Origin: Candidatus Sulfotelmatobacter sp.
GTDB taxonomy: Bacteria > Acidobacteriota > Terriglobia > Terriglobales > Acidobacteriaceae
Direction of reading: 5' to 3'
Assembly: GCA_035651855.1 (NCBI GenBank)
Contig: DASREX010000060.1
Coordinates: 14,528 to 78,527, forward strand
Length of the DNA stretch: 64,000 nt
The notes under the pieces are model-generated. The model was not told where the DNA came from and made no database searches. It saw only the letters and a program-made list of their open reading frames with translations. A program made the translations under genes and the position numbers. Positions 1 to 8,905 of this stretch are shown here, one piece after another (within the stretch, counting starts at the first letter, position 1; each line of letters begins with the position of its first letter).

Positions 1-469
1 CGGCCGCGCCGGTCGAAAATCCCAGCAGGGTCCAGACTCCTACGGACATGGGGCTTTGCGGCTTGAACACGCGCAACATCGCGAGAAAACGTTCGGGACG
101 CCCCAAGTCGGAGACCAGCAGCGCGGGGGAGATCACCGAACCCGCGGCCGCAACCCACCGGGCATGTCGAACCAGTTCCCGGTCGGCTCCGGTGTAATCG
201 GCGATCGCGCCAATCACGGCCGCTGCTCCCGCGGCGCCGCCGACAAAGAAGTACAGCGGAATTTCCCACGTCCAGGGAGGCTGCTTGAGCAAAGGGATGC
301 CGTAATAGCCGGTTTCCGGAGAGGCTTGTGGAAACGGAGCGCCAGCCGGGCGGGTGCTGATGACCTTCATCTGCCCACGGCGCTCGGCTTCGCGCCGTAT
401 CTCGTCCAGGCGTCGCTCGCGCTGAAGGTCGCGCTCATCCATGTCGCGCAATGGTAGCAAATCGCTCAT
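1..469 (-). CDS. NrfD/PsrC-family integral membrane anchor subunit of the formate dehydrogenase complex; 3' end cut by window edge
   Basis: Not in the ORF track because no stop is reached. My own translation of the minus strand from ATG 469-467 stays open to position 1: MSDLLPLRDMDER..GIPLLKQPPWTWEIPLYFFVGGAAGAAAVIG..LVSDLGRPERFLAMLRVFKPQSPMSVGVW. These motifs are typical of NrfD/PsrC anchors. ATGA start/stop overlap (466-469) with the upstream Fe-S subunit gene. Confidence 0.6.
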   Translation of the reverse strand, partial: MSDLLPLRDMDERDLQRERRLDEIRREAERRGQMKVISTRPAGAPFPQASPETGYYGIPLLKQPPWTWEIPLYFFVGGAAGAAAVIGAIADYTGADRELVRHARWVAAAGSVISPALLVSDLGRPERFLAMLRVFKPQSPMSVGVWTLLGFSTGAA

Positions 470-1266
470 CGGCTGCTCCCGTTGCGCCGGGCTCCATCGG
501 AAAGAAAAGCCAGGAGTGTGCCTCCTAACAGCAGCCCAGCCGCGATGGCGGAAGATTGCCAGCTCTTTTTCAGATAGACGGTCGGCACTTCCGGCGAGGG
601 AGGAAGATTGTAAGCGCGGGCATCGCCGCGAACGATGAACATGGCGTGAGTTCCTTCCACACTGGTCTGGGTTGGATCCCAGATCGCGGCATCCTCCATG
701 CCGCGGCGGTGCAACTCCTCGATTCGCGCTTGCGCCGCCTGGCGGAGATCTTCGATTTCCCCGAACTTGATGGACTCGGTCGGGCATGCCTTCGCGCAGG
801 CGGGTTGCAACCCAACTTTCTGGCGGTCGTAGCAGAAAGTGCATTTGAAGGCACGGCCGTCTTTCGAATTGCGTTCGACCACTCCAAAGGGGCACGCGGT
901 CACGCAGTATCCGCAGCCGTTACAGACGTCGGGCTGGATGAACACTCCACCGAATTCTGTGCGCACGATGGAACCGGTGGGGCAGGCCTCCAGGCAGCCG
1001 GCATTTTCGCAGTGCTTGCACACGTCGGAGGAAAAGCTCCAGGACATCTGCTCTCCCGCGTTCCCGCCGAATCCGGGCACGGGAGCCTGTTCCACGAACT
1101 TTACGTGCCGCCACGTGGAAGCGCCGACCGCTCCGGTGTTGTCGTACGAGTAGCCGCTCCAGGCGAGGCCGTCCTCGTCGACCCCGTTCCACTCCTTGCA
1201 GGCCACCTCGCAAGCTTTGCATCCGATACACAGCGTGGAATCTGTGAGAAACGCGGTTATGCTCAT
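466..1266 (-). CDS. Formate dehydrogenase iron-sulfur (beta) subunit, multi-[4Fe-4S] ferredoxin type with C-terminal TM anchor
   Basis: ORF 466..1560 trimmed to the internal ATG at 1266 (MSITAFLTDSTLCIGCKACEVACKEWN..). That ATG forms an ATGA overlap with the alpha-subunit stop. Several CxxCxxCxxxCP motifs; hydrophobic C-terminal helix AIAAGLLLGGTLLAFL. The 98 upstream codons of the tracked ORF are Arg/Pro-rich out-of-frame overlap with the alpha gene. Confidence 0.9.
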   Translation of the reverse strand: MSITAFLTDSTLCIGCKACEVACKEWNGVDEDGLAWSGYSYDNTGAVGASTWRHVKFVEQAPVPGFGGNAGEQMSWSFSSDVCKHCENAGCLEACPTGSIVRTEFGGVFIQPDVCNGCGYCVTACPFGVVERNSKDGRAFKCTFCYDRQKVGLQPACAKACPTESIKFGEIEDLRQAAQARIEELHRRGMEDAAIWDPTQTSVEGTHAMFIVRGDARAYNLPPSPEVPTVYLKKSWQSSAIAAGLLLGGTLLAFLSDGARRNGSSR

Positions 1267-4200
1267 GCGTGCTGTCCTTGGTACGAATGTAATCGCTGCA
1301 ATGCTTCCTGCCTGCGAGGCCGGCGCCCGGGGACCACGTTGCAAACCAGGGCCTTGGTCTCCATGATGCGAACGTTGGGTTCTTCGCTTATCACGAGGAG
1401 ATCGTTCACGACGTCTCCCGTTACCTGGCCGCGATAGCCCCAGTGATACGGGAGACCGACTTGATGAACGGTGCGCCCGTCGATGCGCAACGGCTGCATG
1501 CGCGGGGTGACCATTACGCGCGCCTCGATCACCGCGCGCGGCGTCATGATGGTCGCCCATCCTCCGTGTTCCAGACCCAATTGCGCGGCCAATTCCGGAG
1601 AAACTTCGGTAAACAATTCCGGCTGCAGTTCACTCAAGTGCGAAAGATGCCGGCTCATCCCGCCCGCGGTGTGATGCTCGGTGAGCCGGTAGGTTGTGAG
1701 AATGAACGGGAAGCGCGAATCCTGCGGAGCAGCATAGGGATTGTCGGGGCGCTTCTTGCGGTCGGCCGCAGGATTGGTTTGCTGGCTGTAAAGAGGATTT
1801 TCGACGAGAGATTCCAGAGGTTCGTAGTGGGTCGGGAGCGGCCCGTCCTTGAGCCCGCTGGGAACATACAGCCACCCTAGTCCATCGGGATGCAGGGTGA
1901 ACGGCCTTGCTCCGCCCAAGGCTTTAGTGCCTTTGCCCTTATGCACGTTCGCCGGCGCGTCTGGCGGCACCGTTTTTTCATAATCGGCGTTATCCAAGCC
2001 AGTCCACTCTTTCTTGCCTTCATCCCACCAGACCAGTTTTTTGCGCTCGCTCCACGGCTGCCCATCGGGACGAGCGGAGGCGCGGTTGTAGATGATGCGG
2101 CAGTCATTAGGCCAGGCGAAGCCCCAGCCGTGTCCCAGCAGATCTTTGGGATTTCGTTCATGGGCGCGGTTGTAGTCTTCTTTGGGAAACACGCCGCAAT
2201 AGATCCAGGCGCCGCAAGCCGTGGATCCGTCGTTGCTCAACTCCTGGATGTGCGTCAGTTGCTTGTGATCGCCGACCGAGTATCCATTGATCTCTTTCAG
2301 GACCTGCTCGGCGCTGGGCTCGGCGTGTTTGCCATGGACGGAGTAATCCCAGGTCAGGGCTTTCAGGCCTTCATTGCGGGGGCGAGGATCGTTCTCGGCC
2401 TTGCGCTTCATGCGCCGGCCAAGGTGATACATGAACCAGAGTTCGCTGCGCGCGTCGCCGGGAGGATCGACAGCTTTCTCGCGGTATTGCAGCAGGCGCT
2501 GCGTGTTGGTGAACGTGCCTTCCTTTTCCGCGGTACCGGCTGCGGGGAACAGAAACACCTCCGTGCCGATGGATTCCGCGGAAAGCTCGCCGCGTTCGAC
2601 CTCCGGCGAGGCGTACCAGAAGGAGGCGGTTTCAGTCTCCACCATGTCGCGAACCACCAGCCACTTCAGCCGGGAAAGCGCCTTTCGTTCCAGACGCCCG
2701 TTCGAGGCTCCGACCGCCGGATTCTGTCCCATGACGAACAGGCCCTCCAGCTTGCCGTCCGCCATATCAAGGCAGTAGCCAAAGTGAGAGTGATCTCCGC
2801 TGACGGGCGGAAGCCAGTTGAAGCCCCAATCATTGTCCTTGGTTGCCTTATCTCCGTAATACGCCTTCATCAGGCTGATGAAGTATTTGTCGAAGCCGGA
2901 CCATAGACCGGTGCGGGCGCTGTGCTTCTTCAAATAATCCTGGAGCTTGTGCGAGTCCGCCTCGAAGAAGGGCATCGGCAGGTAGCCGGGAAGAATGTCA
3001 TACAGGGTCGGAATGTCGGTGGAGCCTTGAATCGAAGCGTGGCCGCGCAAGGCGAGGATGCCGCCGCCCGGGCGGCCGATATTGCCGAGGAGGAGTTGCA
3101 GGATCGCCGCCGTGCGGATGATCTGCACACCTTTGGAATGCTGCGTCCACCCTACCGCGTAGCAGATGGCTGCAGTCTTTTCAGGGCCGGAAGCGGAAGT
3201 GAAGGTTTCGGCAGCCTTCAGGAAGACCTCCTGCGGGATGCCGCAATATCGCTCGACTACTTCCGGCGTATAGCGGGCAAAGTGACGCTTCAGCACCTGG
3301 AAGACGCAGCGCGGATGCTGCAGGGTCGGGTCAGATTCGTACTTGCCGGCATCCTGGGCTTCGCCGCCGCGGTCTTTGCCGTGACCGCCGCCTGCTTCGG
3401 AGTGTCCTGGAGCCTGGCTGGTTTCCTTGCTGGGAGAGCCTTGATAAAGCCAGCTCTCGGGATCGTATTTTTCTTTCTTCGCGTCCCAGCCGGAGAAGAA
3501 GCCGTCGAGATCCTCGGTGTCGCGGAAATCCTCGCGAAGAATAGTAGCGGCATTGGTGTAGTTCACCACGTAATCGCGGAACTCTTTCCGGTTTTCGAGG
3601 ACGTAGTGAACCAGAGCTCCCAGAAAAATAATGTCGCTTCCGGCGCGCAGCGGTACCCAGATATCCGCCATGGCGGAGGTGCGGGTGTAGCGAGGATCGA
3701 CGTGGATGACCTTCGCGCCCTTCTCGCGCGCTTCCACCACCCACTGAAAGCCGACCGGGTGATTCTCCGCCATGGAGGAACCCATGATGAGAATCGCGTC
3801 AGCATTGCTGAGATCTTGTTGCGCCGTGGTAGCGCCGCCGCGCCCGAACGATGTGCCCAGACCGGGCACGGTGGAGCTATGTCATATCCGCGCCTGGTTG
3901 CTGACGCATACCATGCCCAGCCCGGCCGTGAATAGTTTTTTGATCAGATAATTCTCTTCGTTGTCGAGGGTCGCGCCGCCGAGGTGGGCCAGGGCGGTGG
4001 TCTGCATCAGGGACTCGCCGTCGCGTGTCTCCTGGAAGGTACGGTCGCGAGTCTCCCATACGCGCTCCGCCACCATGTCCATGGCGGTTTCGAGATCGAT
4101 TTCCTGCCACTGGCGAGCGTAGGGCGCGCGGTATTTTACTTTTTTCAGGCGTCCCGGGTGGGTATGTAATTCGAATGTGTCCGCGCCCTTGGGGCAAAGA

Positions 4201-4442
4201 TGTCCCCGCGAGATCGGCGATTGTGGGTCGCCTTCGATCGAGATCAGCTTGCCTTGTTTATGGTAGACAAGTTGCCCGCATCCCACGCCGCAGTACGGGC
4301 AAATGGAGCGGGCAACTTCCGCGCCGTGATTCTTCGGGGTCAGGTCGCGCGTGCGCCGGGTCATGGACTCCGGACCCGTTCCATCCACGCCGGTGCGAAT
4401 TTGTTCGATCAAAGGCCAGCGAGACAGCAGAGATTTGAGCAC
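1263..4442 (-). CDS. fdhA: Formate dehydrogenase catalytic (alpha) subunit, Mo/W-bis-pyranopterin enzyme, selenocysteine-containing (in-frame TGA at 3884-3882)
   Basis: Tracked ORFs 3882..4442 and 1263..3869 share a frame and are separated only by TGA. The joined sequence reads ..CVSNQARI-U-HSSTVPGLGTSFGRGG.., the position of the active-site Sec/Cys in FdnG/FdhF-type enzymes. N-terminal CPYCGVGCG Fe-S motif. GTG start at 4442 with AAGGAG 6 nt upstream. Confidence 0.9.
3853..3881 (-). promoter_or_regulatory. SECIS-like recoding hairpin immediately 3' of the UGA codon
   Basis: The mRNA reads UGA CAUAGCUCCACC GUGCCC-GGUCU-GGGCAC. This is a perfect 6-bp stem starting 12 nt after UGA, with apical loop GGUCU. 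As I recall, the E. coli fdhF SECIS apex has the same loop sequence. Confidence 0.6.
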
Positions 4443-4669
4443 TGGTCGCTCCTTGCGGAATTACGCGGAAGATCTTTGTTGAAGATTTTCCATCCACGGC
4501 AGCACGAAGCCACCTGATGGGAGCGGATTTTAGCAGGCCTCTCGATCCTGCTCCTGTGATTTTGGAACCGGCCAAACCGGGCAGTCCATACCGTGTTTCA
4601 GGTAAGAGCACTGAAACAATTGAATTTGGCCATCGACGAATCTTTCGATAGCCCCGAGGGCAGTCGGAC

Positions 4670-6703
4670 CTATCCCTTGATGGCGGAGCGGATCTTGGGT
4701 GTGCCGGAGACAGCGCCTTTCAAATCGGCATCGCTTTCGACCAGGTGAAGCACTCTGCGGGTCATCTCCTCATCGATATCAGGAGCTCTGCGAATTTCAA
4801 CCGGGTATCGGACCAGCAACTCCAGCCCGCCGTCGGCAAATTGCAGGCGGGCTTCCGGGCGCGGAGTCTCGATGAGAATATCGACACGGCGCTCGATATC
4901 AGCATGCTGGCGCTCAATTTCCTTCCGGTAGCCGGAATAGACGTCGTTGACCATGGCCACCAGCTTTTCCTCGGCGGCTTTGTGATTGCCGGCGGGCGCG
5001 ATCATCACCACGACTTCATGCCAGGCGTACTCGGTTCCGGGGATCTGCTTGAACAGCGGCGTTCCCGTCTGGAATAGAACCGAGTTGGAAAACACGACTA
5101 ACCGCCCGGTGGGATAAAAATCCAGGCCAGTGCCTGCCATTTCCATCAGGTAAAGCCGGACCAGTCCGATATCGACTACGTCTCCAGTGATTCCGGCGAC
5201 ACTGATGCGGTCTCCCACTCGGATGCCGTAGCGGCCTATGATGAAGAAATAGGCAGCAACGGAAAGCAGAACGGCCTGCAGTCCTACCGCGATGCCGGCA
5301 GTAATGAAGCCGGCAAAGGTGGCAAGCGAACTGAACTCGCTGACGAACCCGAGAAGTAGAACCACCACCATGAGAAAGCCGATCACGATCCGCCGCAGCA
5401 CCAGGAAGTGGCGCCGGCGGCGGGGGTCGCTGATGTAGCGGAACGTGACCCGGCGCCAAACCTCCGACAGCACCAGAATCACGGCCAACGCCAGCAGGAT
5501 TCCGCCCACCCGGATGAGCACGGAGCGCAGCACCTGTCGCGACTCCCGGCCGATCGAACCTCTCCATTCTTCGAAATTGGTTTTCGCATCGTCGAGCACG
5601 ATGAGTTCCTGGCTGAGGGGCAGCAGGATCGCGGAAAGCTGCTTGAAGCGCTCAGTGATCTCCTGAAAAGTCTCGCGCTCGGTCTGCAACTGCTGCGGAT
5701 CGTTGCCGGGCTGGCTCGCCAGTTTCTGGCTCTGTTGAATGGCCGCTCGCAGCGTATCCCGTATAGGGGTCCGCAGGTGCTCGGCCGCTGCGTGGGTGTA
5801 TTCAGTTTGCTGGATCGCGTTGTCGATCTGGTGGACCGCCGTCATGTACTCATAAAGCGTGGCCGCATCGCTGATCAGGCCGCCGGAGTTCGCCGCCGCC
5901 GGCTTTGCGGGAGCCGAAGCGGTAGTGGGCTTCTCCGGAGTGATCGATGGACCCATGACCTCGGGGATGGACCTGGCAACCTGGCTGATCGCGCCTTCCA
6001 GGCCGGTCGTGATTTCGCCATTGTTCTCGACGAAAGCCGCCATTTTCTGCACGGCTTCGAGCAAGGCCTTCTGCAGGTCCAGTTGACTCTGCAGCGCCTC
6101 CTGCTGCGACTTGAGATTCTCCCTCTGGGATGGCCGGGCGCGGGACAGTTTCGAACTGGTAGCGGCAATTTGCGACTCGAGTTCCTGGATCTGGTTCGAA
6201 ATCTTCACTTGCATCTGGGCCAACGACTGTTCCTGGGTCGTGGCAGACCCGGGCTGGCTGCTATCCGCGACTTTCTGTTGGCTCTTGACGAACGCAGCTT
6301 CCGCTTTGGCGGACTGGAATGCCAGCTTCACCACCTGGGCACCTAGACTTTTACTGTTGTCCTGATAAATCGTATCGCTGGGCAGACCCACGGAAGAGAC
6401 CCCGGTGGTTGCACGACGGTACCAACTGATCACCTGGTTCAGGTGGTGAAGAGGAGCATTCGTGTCGAACTGAAGCGGCGCAAGATGCTTCGGTGCGACC
6501 GGGACAGAATTGACCAGAGGGGTGGAAGATGATTTTGGTTTCGAATCTTGTGCCTGCGGTGCTGATGCCGCCAGCAGAATGACGATCCAGGCGGGGAATC
6601 GTCGGCGGGCGTTGCACCGACGGAACCCGGGCTGACGCCGGCTCAGTGTCCGCCGTCCCACTCCCATCGTCTGAATGGCGAATCGAACGATCGAATCTAT
6701 CAT
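4670..6703 (-). CDS. MscS-family mechanosensitive channel with a long N-terminal secreted coiled-coil-like domain
   Basis: 677-aa ORF. Signal-like N-terminus (FPAWIVILLAASAPQAQ), about 300 aa of Gln/Ala-rich region, several TM helices, then the MscS beta-domain signature GIRVGDRISVAGITGDVVDIGLVRLYLME. The true start may be the internal ATG at 6667. Confidence 0.8.
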   Translation of the reverse strand: MIDSIVRFAIQTMGVGRRTLSRRQPGFRRCNARRRFPAWIVILLAASAPQAQDSKPKSSSTPLVNSVPVAPKHLAPLQFDTNAPLHHLNQVISWYRRATTGVSSVGLPSDTIYQDNSKSLGAQVVKLAFQSAKAEAAFVKSQQKVADSSQPGSATTQEQSLAQMQVKISNQIQELESQIAATSSKLSRARPSQRENLKSQQEALQSQLDLQKALLEAVQKMAAFVENNGEITTGLEGAISQVARSIPEVMGPSITPEKPTTASAPAKPAAANSGGLISDAATLYEYMTAVHQIDNAIQQTEYTHAAAEHLRTPIRDTLRAAIQQSQKLASQPGNDPQQLQTERETFQEITERFKQLSAILLPLSQELIVLDDAKTNFEEWRGSIGRESRQVLRSVLIRVGGILLALAVILVLSEVWRRVTFRYISDPRRRRHFLVLRRIVIGFLMVVVLLLGFVSEFSSLATFAGFITAGIAVGLQAVLLSVAAYFFIIGRYGIRVGDRISVAGITGDVVDIGLVRLYLMEMAGTGLDFYPTGRLVVFSNSVLFQTGTPLFKQIPGTEYAWHEVVVMIAPAGNHKAAEEKLVAMVNDVYSGYRKEIERQHADIERRVDILIETPRPEARLQFADGGLELLVRYPVEIRRAPDIDEEMTRRVLHLVESDADLKGAVSGTPKIRSAIKG

Positions 6704-6734
6704 CGGGCTTCGCGAACGCCGACTCAGTTTCCCT

Positions 6735-7550
6735 TCAATCGCTTAGGGGAACCGGAAGCACTAAATGGTGGATGCGGGCAGTCTCGATAATGTGCACAGG
6801 GAAAGCCTTCGTTACCTTGTAGTCCTGGTAGTCGATGGAGAGCCTTGACTTACCGCCAAAGCGAACCGAGGTTTCAGTGCAGTTTTGAGAAGGCAGCCAG
6901 AAATCGTCCACCTTGGCATAGTAATGAGCGAAATCGGTCTTGGTGATCCACATGGAAGGGTTCCGGTTCGGCTCGCCCTCGATCCGCACGACTGCGAAAT
7001 CTTTGGCATCAACCCAAATCCTTCCGCGATACAGATACTTGTTATTGTTCTTCGGCTGCAAGCTGAGCACGTACTGCGGGCCTTCCGGCGCATCTTCGTA
7101 TCCCACGAGAGCGAAGCTGTAGTTGTCGCGGGAGAGCGCCGTCTCACGGCGATTGTCGCCCTTTCCCGCCTCTTGTTCCGCGTCCAGCAGTTTCTTGAAC
7201 ACGTGATCGATCACAAACTTCGAGCCGGACTGCGAGACCACGGTGAACTGCTTGGAATTGGGCGCGCTGAAATGCACATTCACCACCATCTCCGCATCGC
7301 GGTCTTTGAAAAACCCGTGGTACTGCATGCGATAGATTCGCTTGGCGTCGAACTGCTGCAGTTCGGCTGCGCGTTTTGCGTTGCGCTGCTCCAGGTTAGT
7401 GAGGACCTGATCCAAACTGAGTTTCAGTCCCTCAGAGTCCGCAGACACCGGGCGTGCTTCTTGAGCAACAGCCAGGGAGACGAAAGAGAGCCCAACCAGC
7501 AGAGGTGCGGCTGAGATTGCGGAGGTGAGGGTACAACCCAATCGTCTCAT
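6735..7550 (-). CDS. Secreted LolA/RseB-like (outer-membrane lipoprotein-sorting family) protein, tentative
   Basis: ORF 6735..7907 trimmed to the ATG at 7550 (MRRLGCTLTSAISAAPLLVGLSFVSLAVAQEA, a clear signal peptide). The body (..YLYRGRIWVDAKDFAVVRIEGEP..PSMWITKTDF..) resembles LolA-like beta-barrel proteins. The upstream 119 codons have no coding character. Confidence 0.55.
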   Translation of the reverse strand: MRRLGCTLTSAISAAPLLVGLSFVSLAVAQEARPVSADSEGLKLSLDQVLTNLEQRNAKRAAELQQFDAKRIYRMQYHGFFKDRDAEMVVNVHFSAPNSKQFTVVSQSGSKFVIDHVFKKLLDAEQEAGKGDNRRETALSRDNYSFALVGYEDAPEGPQYVLSLQPKNNNKYLYRGRIWVDAKDFAVVRIEGEPNRNPSMWITKTDFAHYYAKVDDFWLPSQNCTETSVRFGGKSRLSIDYQDYKVTKAFPVHIIETARIHHLVLPVPLSD

Positions 7551-7784
7551 GGCGATGGTTTGGATGCCGTGCGAGGGTATGTTGCTGCCATCGAAAGAGC
7601 CACACGAAGGTAGGGGAACCCACTGCATAGCCAGGCAGGGCGCCGGTGCGTAGGTCATACCTTTAATCCTGTAGACAGAAGATGCCGCTATAGTCGTGAC
7701 AAATATGCGCCATGCGGTGGCGGGGCATCCAAGAAGTTGCGAATTCTGCCGCTGGCTACGAAATCCAGCCCGTGGTAGAGAACG

Positions 7785-8879
7785 GTGGCACCTTGCTCTA
7801 TGCCCAGCGGCAGGCTCAAGCGAACGCGAAGGTTTCCATTCCTGCGAAACTCCGGGATCGCCGAGCTGCTCGCCCTCGCCGCCGAAGAAGCGAAGATGCC
7901 TCTGCAAAAAGCGCTTCGGCGAGCGTCGCGCAAGGCATTCCTGTGGCCGGAAGAAGCCGCTTCGATGCTAAAGGAGGGCCGCTCACTCCTCGAATTGCCC
8001 GCCGTCGGACCTCACCTTTCCCGCCTGATCACCGGCTGGATCGAGAATCCTCCAGAGGTGCCCCGGCCGCCGGAGATCCGCCGAGGCTTCCTGACGCTGC
8101 CCGAAGCGCGTGCGCAATTGGAGAAAAGCCCTACCCTGGCGCTTGGCGTTAAAGGCGACCTGCAGATGCATACGCAATGGAGCGACGGTTACGGCTCCGT
8201 CGAACAGATGGCAAGGGCGGCGGCGGAGCGCGGATATCAGTACATCGCCATCACCGATCATTCCAAGGGTTTGAAAATTGCCGGCGGAATTGATGAAGCA
8301 CAGCTTCGAAGGCAGGCAGAGGAGATAAAGGCGGTGAATGAGTCCCTGAAGGCCGAGGGTCTGCGCTGCGAGGTTCTGCGATCAATTGAATTGAACCTCA
8401 ATCCTGCGGGTGAGGGTGACATGGACTCCCGTGAGCTTGGCGAACTGGACATCGTGCTGGGCTGCTTCCACTCGGCGCTGAGAAAGAAAGAGGATCAGAC
8501 GGAGCGCTATCTTGCCGCCCTGCGCAATCCGGACATCCAGATTCTGGGGCATCCACGAGGCCGTATCTATAACTTTCGCCTCGGTCTGAGCGCCGATTGG
8601 GACCGTGTCTTTGGGCTGGCCGCGGAATTGGACAAGGCTGTCGAGATCGACGGCTATCCCGACCGGCAAGACTTGAATATAGATCTGCTCAAACTGGCGA
8701 AGAAAGCGGGATGCCGAATTTCGCTGGGCACCGATTCCCACGATCCTCAGCAACTGCGCTTCATGGAATATTCTCTGGCAGCCGCGGCTGGAGCCGGAGT
8801 GCGCCGCGATCGCATCCTGAATTTCATGACAGCAGGGGAACTGCGGACCTGGACAGCGGGCCTGCGCAATCCCGACTAG
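7785..8879 (+). CDS. PHP-domain phosphoesterase with an N-terminal PolX 8-kDa/HhH-like domain (PolX-derived, no polymerase core)
   Basis: PHP motifs GDLQMHTQWSDG, AITDHS, GHPRGR, LGTDSH. The N-terminal ~100 aa (NSGIAELLALAAEE..LPAVGPHLSRLITGWIE) resemble the PolX HhH lyase domain. Start codon uncertain. Confidence 0.75.
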   Translation: MAPCSMPSGRLKRTRRFPFLRNSGIAELLALAAEEAKMPLQKALRRASRKAFLWPEEAASMLKEGRSLLELPAVGPHLSRLITGWIENPPEVPRPPEIRRGFLTLPEARAQLEKSPTLALGVKGDLQMHTQWSDGYGSVEQMARAAAERGYQYIAITDHSKGLKIAGGIDEAQLRRQAEEIKAVNESLKAEGLRCEVLRSIELNLNPAGEGDMDSRELGELDIVLGCFHSALRKKEDQTERYLAALRNPDIQILGHPRGRIYNFRLGLSADWDRVFGLAAELDKAVEIDGYPDRQDLNIDLLKLAKKAGCRISLGTDSHDPQQLRFMEYSLAAAAGAGVRRDRILNFMTAGELRTWTAGLRNPD

Positions 8880-8905
8880 CGGAACTTTGCTAGACTGGCT
8901 GCCTC

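Noticed and set aside
1267-1560. N-terminal extensions of tracked ORFs. These are 466..1560, 6735..7907, 15720..18026, 20782.., 29352..30248, 30996..31556, 27605..28117, 44732..46459, 56199.. and 61074.. .
   Set aside because: The extensions overlap the upstream gene or have non-coding-like composition. Internal ATG/GTG codons give signal peptides, family-typical N-termini or ATGA/GTGA coupling with the neighbour, so the shorter starts were used.
3870-3884. The apparent break between ORFs 3882..4442 and 1263..3869, as a sign of a pseudogene or frameshift.
   Set aside because: Both ORFs share a frame and are separated by a single TGA at the known Sec position, with a SECIS-like hairpin just downstream. 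It is interpreted as selenocysteine recoding.
4443-4669. A possible Moco riboswitch or other leader element upstream of the formate dehydrogenase operon, and a weak AT-rich hairpin (4595-4617) as an mscS terminator.
   Set aside because: I could not recognise the conserved Moco-motif elements by eye. The hairpin is short (7 bp, AU-rich) and has no U-tract. The evidence is too weak to call either feature.
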